From positions 1 through 49,337 of the forward strand of contig CAZZIX010000001.1 of NCBI GenBank assembly GCA_964654345.1: 49,337 nt of DNA. Reading direction: 5' to 3'. The translations under genes and the position numbers were made by a program. The notes below the pieces were generated by a model that did not search any database, was not told the origin of the DNA, and saw only the letters and a list, made by a program, of their open reading frames with translations. Source of the stretch: an uncultured Methylomarinum sp. Its GTDB lineage: Bacteria > Pseudomonadota > Gammaproteobacteria > Methylococcales > Methylomonadaceae. Shown here in pieces: positions 46,806 through 49,337 of the stretch; the stretch's first letter is position 1; every line of letters starts with the position of its first letter.

Positions 46806-47088
46806 ACGTACTGGGGCACTCAATAAATCGCCCGAGCGGAATGAATCTTTAGGACATGGATGTCCCAAGGTGATATATAGCGAGGATGGCGCGCCAGGGC
46901 ATTGGCCATATCCGTTTTGTAATTATGAAAATATTTTTTTTCATCCCAACGCTGATGATAGAGAAAAGCAATCATGCCAGGTGACAATGTGAAATCATTG
47001 CTGAGATATTCATACACTTTGCCATCAGGCACAAGAACTGGATTAATCTCTAGACTTGTTTTGAACTGTTTAGCTGGATTGTTTTATC
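46806..47088 (-). pseudogene. IS4-type DDE transposase C-terminal fragment
   Basis: The minus-strand frame is open from 47083 and reads ...PDGKVYEYLSNDFTLSPGMIAFLYHQRWDEKKYFHNYK. This matches the Y-x2-R-x3-E-x6-K signature region, but with K at the expected Glu position. It has no N-terminal catalytic half and is bounded by the IS3 end at 47089. Confidence 0.5.
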
Positions 47089-47118
47089 TGATGTGTCAAC
47101 ACTATTCCGTACACAAAG

Positions 47119-47942
47119 TTACCCAGCTTTTTGCTGAATTTCGTAATCTACGGGTGACAAATAGTCATTAGCAGAATGGATTCTTTCTCTATTATAAAAT
47201 ACTTCGATATATTGAAATATAGCCTGTTTAGCCTCTGTTCTTGTTTTGAACTGGCAATGTGATGGAGTAGCTCTGTTTTTAAGGTATGGAAGAAACTTTC
47301 TGATACCGCATTATCCCAGCAGTTTCCTTTACGGCTCATAGACTGAATAACGCGGTGTTCTTGTATAATGGCTTGATGACTATCGGATGCATATTGACTG
47401 CCTCGATCTGTATGCCAGGTTAACCCTTTACCTGGCCTTCGTTTCCAAATGGCCATGAGCAGGGCATCATTAACCCATTGGGCTTTCATCCGCTGATTCT
47501 TGACCAGCCTTCCTTCCTGCGTGTACATGTAGGTAATATCGCCCACATAATAACGATCTGCTTGTGACACAGTAAATTGCCTTTTTAATAAATTAGGGGC
47601 AATAGGTTTATTATGCTTGGAATTGGTTGTTGCTTTGAATTTCTTTTTGGTTTTACACCATAACCCAGCCTGTTTCATGAGCCTGCCTATACGCCGACGG
47701 CTAATAATAATGCCTTGCTTAGCAAATTTGTTTTTTAGACGGCGTGTACCATAAGAGCCTCGCCCTTTTTCAAAAAGAGCTTTTAATAGGATAATGTATT
47801 TCTCATTTTTTTTCTCTTTCTGTTTTAGGTGAATTGAGCCATTCATAATAACAGCTACGCGATACCTTCATAAATTGGCACAAGGCAGTAACAGCATAGT
47901 CTTCACCGTATTTCTCTCGCAAAGTATGCCGTGGCCTTTTTT
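47119..47942 (-). pseudogene. IS3-family OrfB (DDE integrase-core transposase), multiply disrupted
   Basis: The slippery A_AAA_AAG is at 47942..47936. The OrfB HTH part (KYGEDYAVTALCQFMKVSRSCYYEWL) sits in the +1 frame rather than the -1 frame and ends in an A8 run. The core lacks about 20 aa between DITYMYTQEGRL and the WVNDALLMAIW helix. The C-terminus is recovered only in another frame (QFKTRTEAKQAIFQYIEVFYNRERIHSANDYLSPVDYE, stop at 47119-47121). Confidence 0.8.
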
Positions 47943-48199
47943 AACAAGTCACGCTCCTGTATCGCTAGCGCCAGCTCTTTCTTCAGTTGTTTGACCTCAT
48001 CATAGACATGTTGATCAGTTCGGGTACTGGCTACCTTTGGTTTTGAATATTTCCCAGTCCATGTATGCAAGGTATTCACATTAATAACTAAACCCCTTGC
48101 TGTTTGCACTATAGGCTGTTCTGATTCAAGAGCAAGCTTGATGGCTGATACTTTAAATTCTGAGGTATAGCTAGTCGGTTTTTTTGGTTCATCGCTCAT
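47903..48199 (-). CDS. IS3-family OrfA (HTH transposase subunit)
   Basis: MSDEPKKPTSYTSEFKVSAIKLALESEQPIVQTARGLVINVNTLHTWTGKY plus a leucine-zipper-like tail ending LLKKATAYFA. ATG 48199 is preferred to the track start at 48211. Confidence 0.75.
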   Translation of the reverse strand: MSDEPKKPTSYTSEFKVSAIKLALESEQPIVQTARGLVINVNTLHTWTGKYSKPKVASTRTDQHVYDEVKQLKKELALAIQERDLLKKATAYFAREIR

Positions 48200-48267
48200 G
48201 TTTAGACGCACTTTTCCTTTTTTCAGGTTATTTTATATTGTGTGTCCGGTTTAGTGTAGCCACTTCA

Positions 48268-48666
48268 GACGACCCTCGACGAACCAAGAGGCTGCGAGAC
48301 AGACTCTTAACCATTTTAGGGGTTGCGACAGCCACAGTTTTATGCGGCATGCGAAGCTATGAATCCATTTCCGCTGTCGATACTCAAAGGGTGATACTTA
48401 GTACCAAGCCTGAGTATTTTCAGAGACTTGCTGGTCAGAGTTAATCCAGGCGAACTTGAATTGGCATTCACAGTCTAGAACAACGTTTATGCTCAGGACG
48501 ATATCTCACTGGCGATTGATGGCAAGTCATGTGTAATGCGCGGGATGAAAAAGGATGTGAGACACAGATAATGAGTGCCGTAGGTCATGATACAGGTATT
48601 TGCTACACCAACGCTGAAAATCAGGGAAACGGAGCGGCTTTTGTGCGGAGTTGAAGCTGGACGCAG
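48268..48666 (+). pseudogene. ISAs1-family (H-repeat-like) transposase 5' fragment, degraded
   Basis: DDPRRTKRLRDRLLTILGVATATVLCGMRSYESI matches the N-terminal DDE_Tnp_1-associated module (DPR..(K/R)..L..iL..a..A.LcG..s...I). Downstream, SLAIDGKS fits the AIDGKTLR block, followed by stops and frameshifts. The fragment starts exactly at the IS3 end and stops at 48666. Confidence 0.6.
48612..48666 (+). repeat. Copy B of the 55-bp segment shared with 46613-46805
   Basis: cgctgaaaatcagggaaacggagcggcttttgtgcggagttgaagctggacgcag. The match to copy A begins and ends abruptly. Confidence 0.8.
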
Positions 48667-48693
48667 ATACCATCTCTCAGCACCAGGTTCAAG

Positions 48694-49314
48694 TCATAAT
48701 AAATTGGCCTGAACTTGATAAGGTCTTTGGTGTTTTATAACACCAAAGCAAATGTGTACTAATTTTCTCATTGCAGCACATAACGCACTCATTTTAGATT
48801 TACCATTTTTTAGCAATCTCTGATTTTGTATTTTAATATCAGGGTTATGTTGTAGCGCTGAAATAGCAGCCATATAGAGCTTAGCTCTGATGACTGGGTT
48901 TCCAGCTTTAGATAATCTACTCCTTCCCCTGAGGCTAGATCCTGATTCATTTTGTATGGGTACTAATCCAATATATGCAGCACATTGTGATGCTGACTTA
49001 AATGTACGACTGCCTATAACAATCAACATGTACCTTGAAACAACGGGGCCTACACCTGGAATAGACTGTAAAAGAGCATGATTATGCTTTAAATACGCGT
49101 ATTGATTAATATGTATATCTATCAACCTTTCCAAATTGATTTTCTCTTCATTCAATACAGCCAATATCTTTTGAATAGATTCCAATACGCTATCTGAACA
49201 AGGGTTTATGCTTGATTTCTCATAACGATTTTTCTCACGTAAACTATCTTTTTCTATCGCATCAAGGCGTGAAACTAACGCTTTAAGGACTGAGGATTTA
49301 ATAAATAACGAAAC
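48694..49314 (-). pseudogene. IS110-family transposase, C-terminal part only (5'-truncated)
   Basis: Transposase_20-type block LQSIPGVGPVVSRYML...AAYIGLVPIQNESGSSLRGRSRLSKAGNPVIRAKLYMAA. The frame is open upstream to 49314, where an in-frame TAA (49317-49315) and AT-rich sequence replace the expected roughly 150-aa DEDD catalytic domain. Confidence 0.7.
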
Positions 49315-49337
49315 TTATAATAAAAATAATTGGTTGC

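Larger units (their letters stand above)
47089..48267 (-). mobile_element. IS3-family insertion sequence (IS3/IS911-like ends), decayed copy
   Basis: The terminal inverted repeats match at 22/30 positions: tgatgtgtcaacactattccgtacacaaag (47089-47118) against the reverse complement of 48238-48267, tgaagtggctacactaaaccggacacacaa. The TGAAGTGG start resembles IS911-type ends. orfA and orfB lie inside, and orfB is in the -1 frame. Confidence 0.8.

Noticed and set aside
46789-46992. A plus-strand 67-aa ORF (MKLDAGRTGALNKSPERNES...) that could continue the ISAs1-like repeat in frame.
   Set aside because: The similarity between the two repeat copies stops at 46805. The opposite strand of the same DNA carries the much more diagnostic IS4-type YHQRW..KYFHNYK block. 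The match to the ISAs1 DA..Q region is too weak to support.
48184-48267. The first 28 codons of the track ORF 48184-48444 (MVHRSCLDALFLFSGYFILCVRFSVATS).
   Set aside because: This part is a read-through of the IS3 inverted repeat and the antisense of the orfA start. Only the portion from DDPRR (48268 onward) belongs to the ISAs1-like fragment.
48446-48693. A possible IS110/IS1111-type bridge (guide) RNA in the non-coding DNA downstream of the IS110-family transposase.
   Set aside because: Most of this interval is explained as degraded ISAs1-like coding sequence (AIDGKS... block). Only about 27 nt belong to the IS110 side of the junction, and I could find no extended two-loop structure by eye.

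Overview
About 49.3 kb from a visibly AT-rich gammaproteobacterial chromosome; I cannot name the species from sequence alone. The window is almost entirely core and has three parts.

(1) 1-5550, minus strand: the proximal half of an MSHA-type type IV pilus operon, mshI (split into PilM-like and PilN-like ORFs)-J-K-L-M and the start of mshN.

(2) 5.6-46.2 kb: housekeeping and translation genes.
- Minus strand: hemA-prfA-prmC, then a JAB/MPN metalloprotease and a membrane-anchored HExxHxxGxxD protein, running co-directionally into the pilus operon.
- Plus strand: TPR lipoprotein-lolB-ispE-tRNA-Gln-prs-rplY-pth, then tRNA-Tyr/Gly/Thr and tRNA-Trp-secE-nusG-rplKAJL-rpoBC.
- These continue into fused str/S10/spc/alpha operons, rpsL through rplQ. 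This includes rpmJ, which is too short for the ORF track.

(3) 46.3-49.3 kb: a graveyard of decayed insertion-sequence fragments directly downstream of rplQ. It holds an IS3-family element with recognisable inverted repeats but a multiply broken orfB, two ISAs1-like fragments, an IS4-like fragment and a 5'-truncated IS110-family transposase.

I see no CRISPR array, rRNA, toxin-antitoxin pair or recognisable defence system, and I do not find a convincing novel multi-gene system. The best leads are the uncharacterised metzincin-like/JAB gene pair at 5.6-6.9 kb, the repeat and indel structure inside the IS mosaic, and an orphan terminator-like hairpin in the hemA/TPR divergent intergenic region. 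All family assignments come from motif recognition by eye and conserved gene order, not from database searches.
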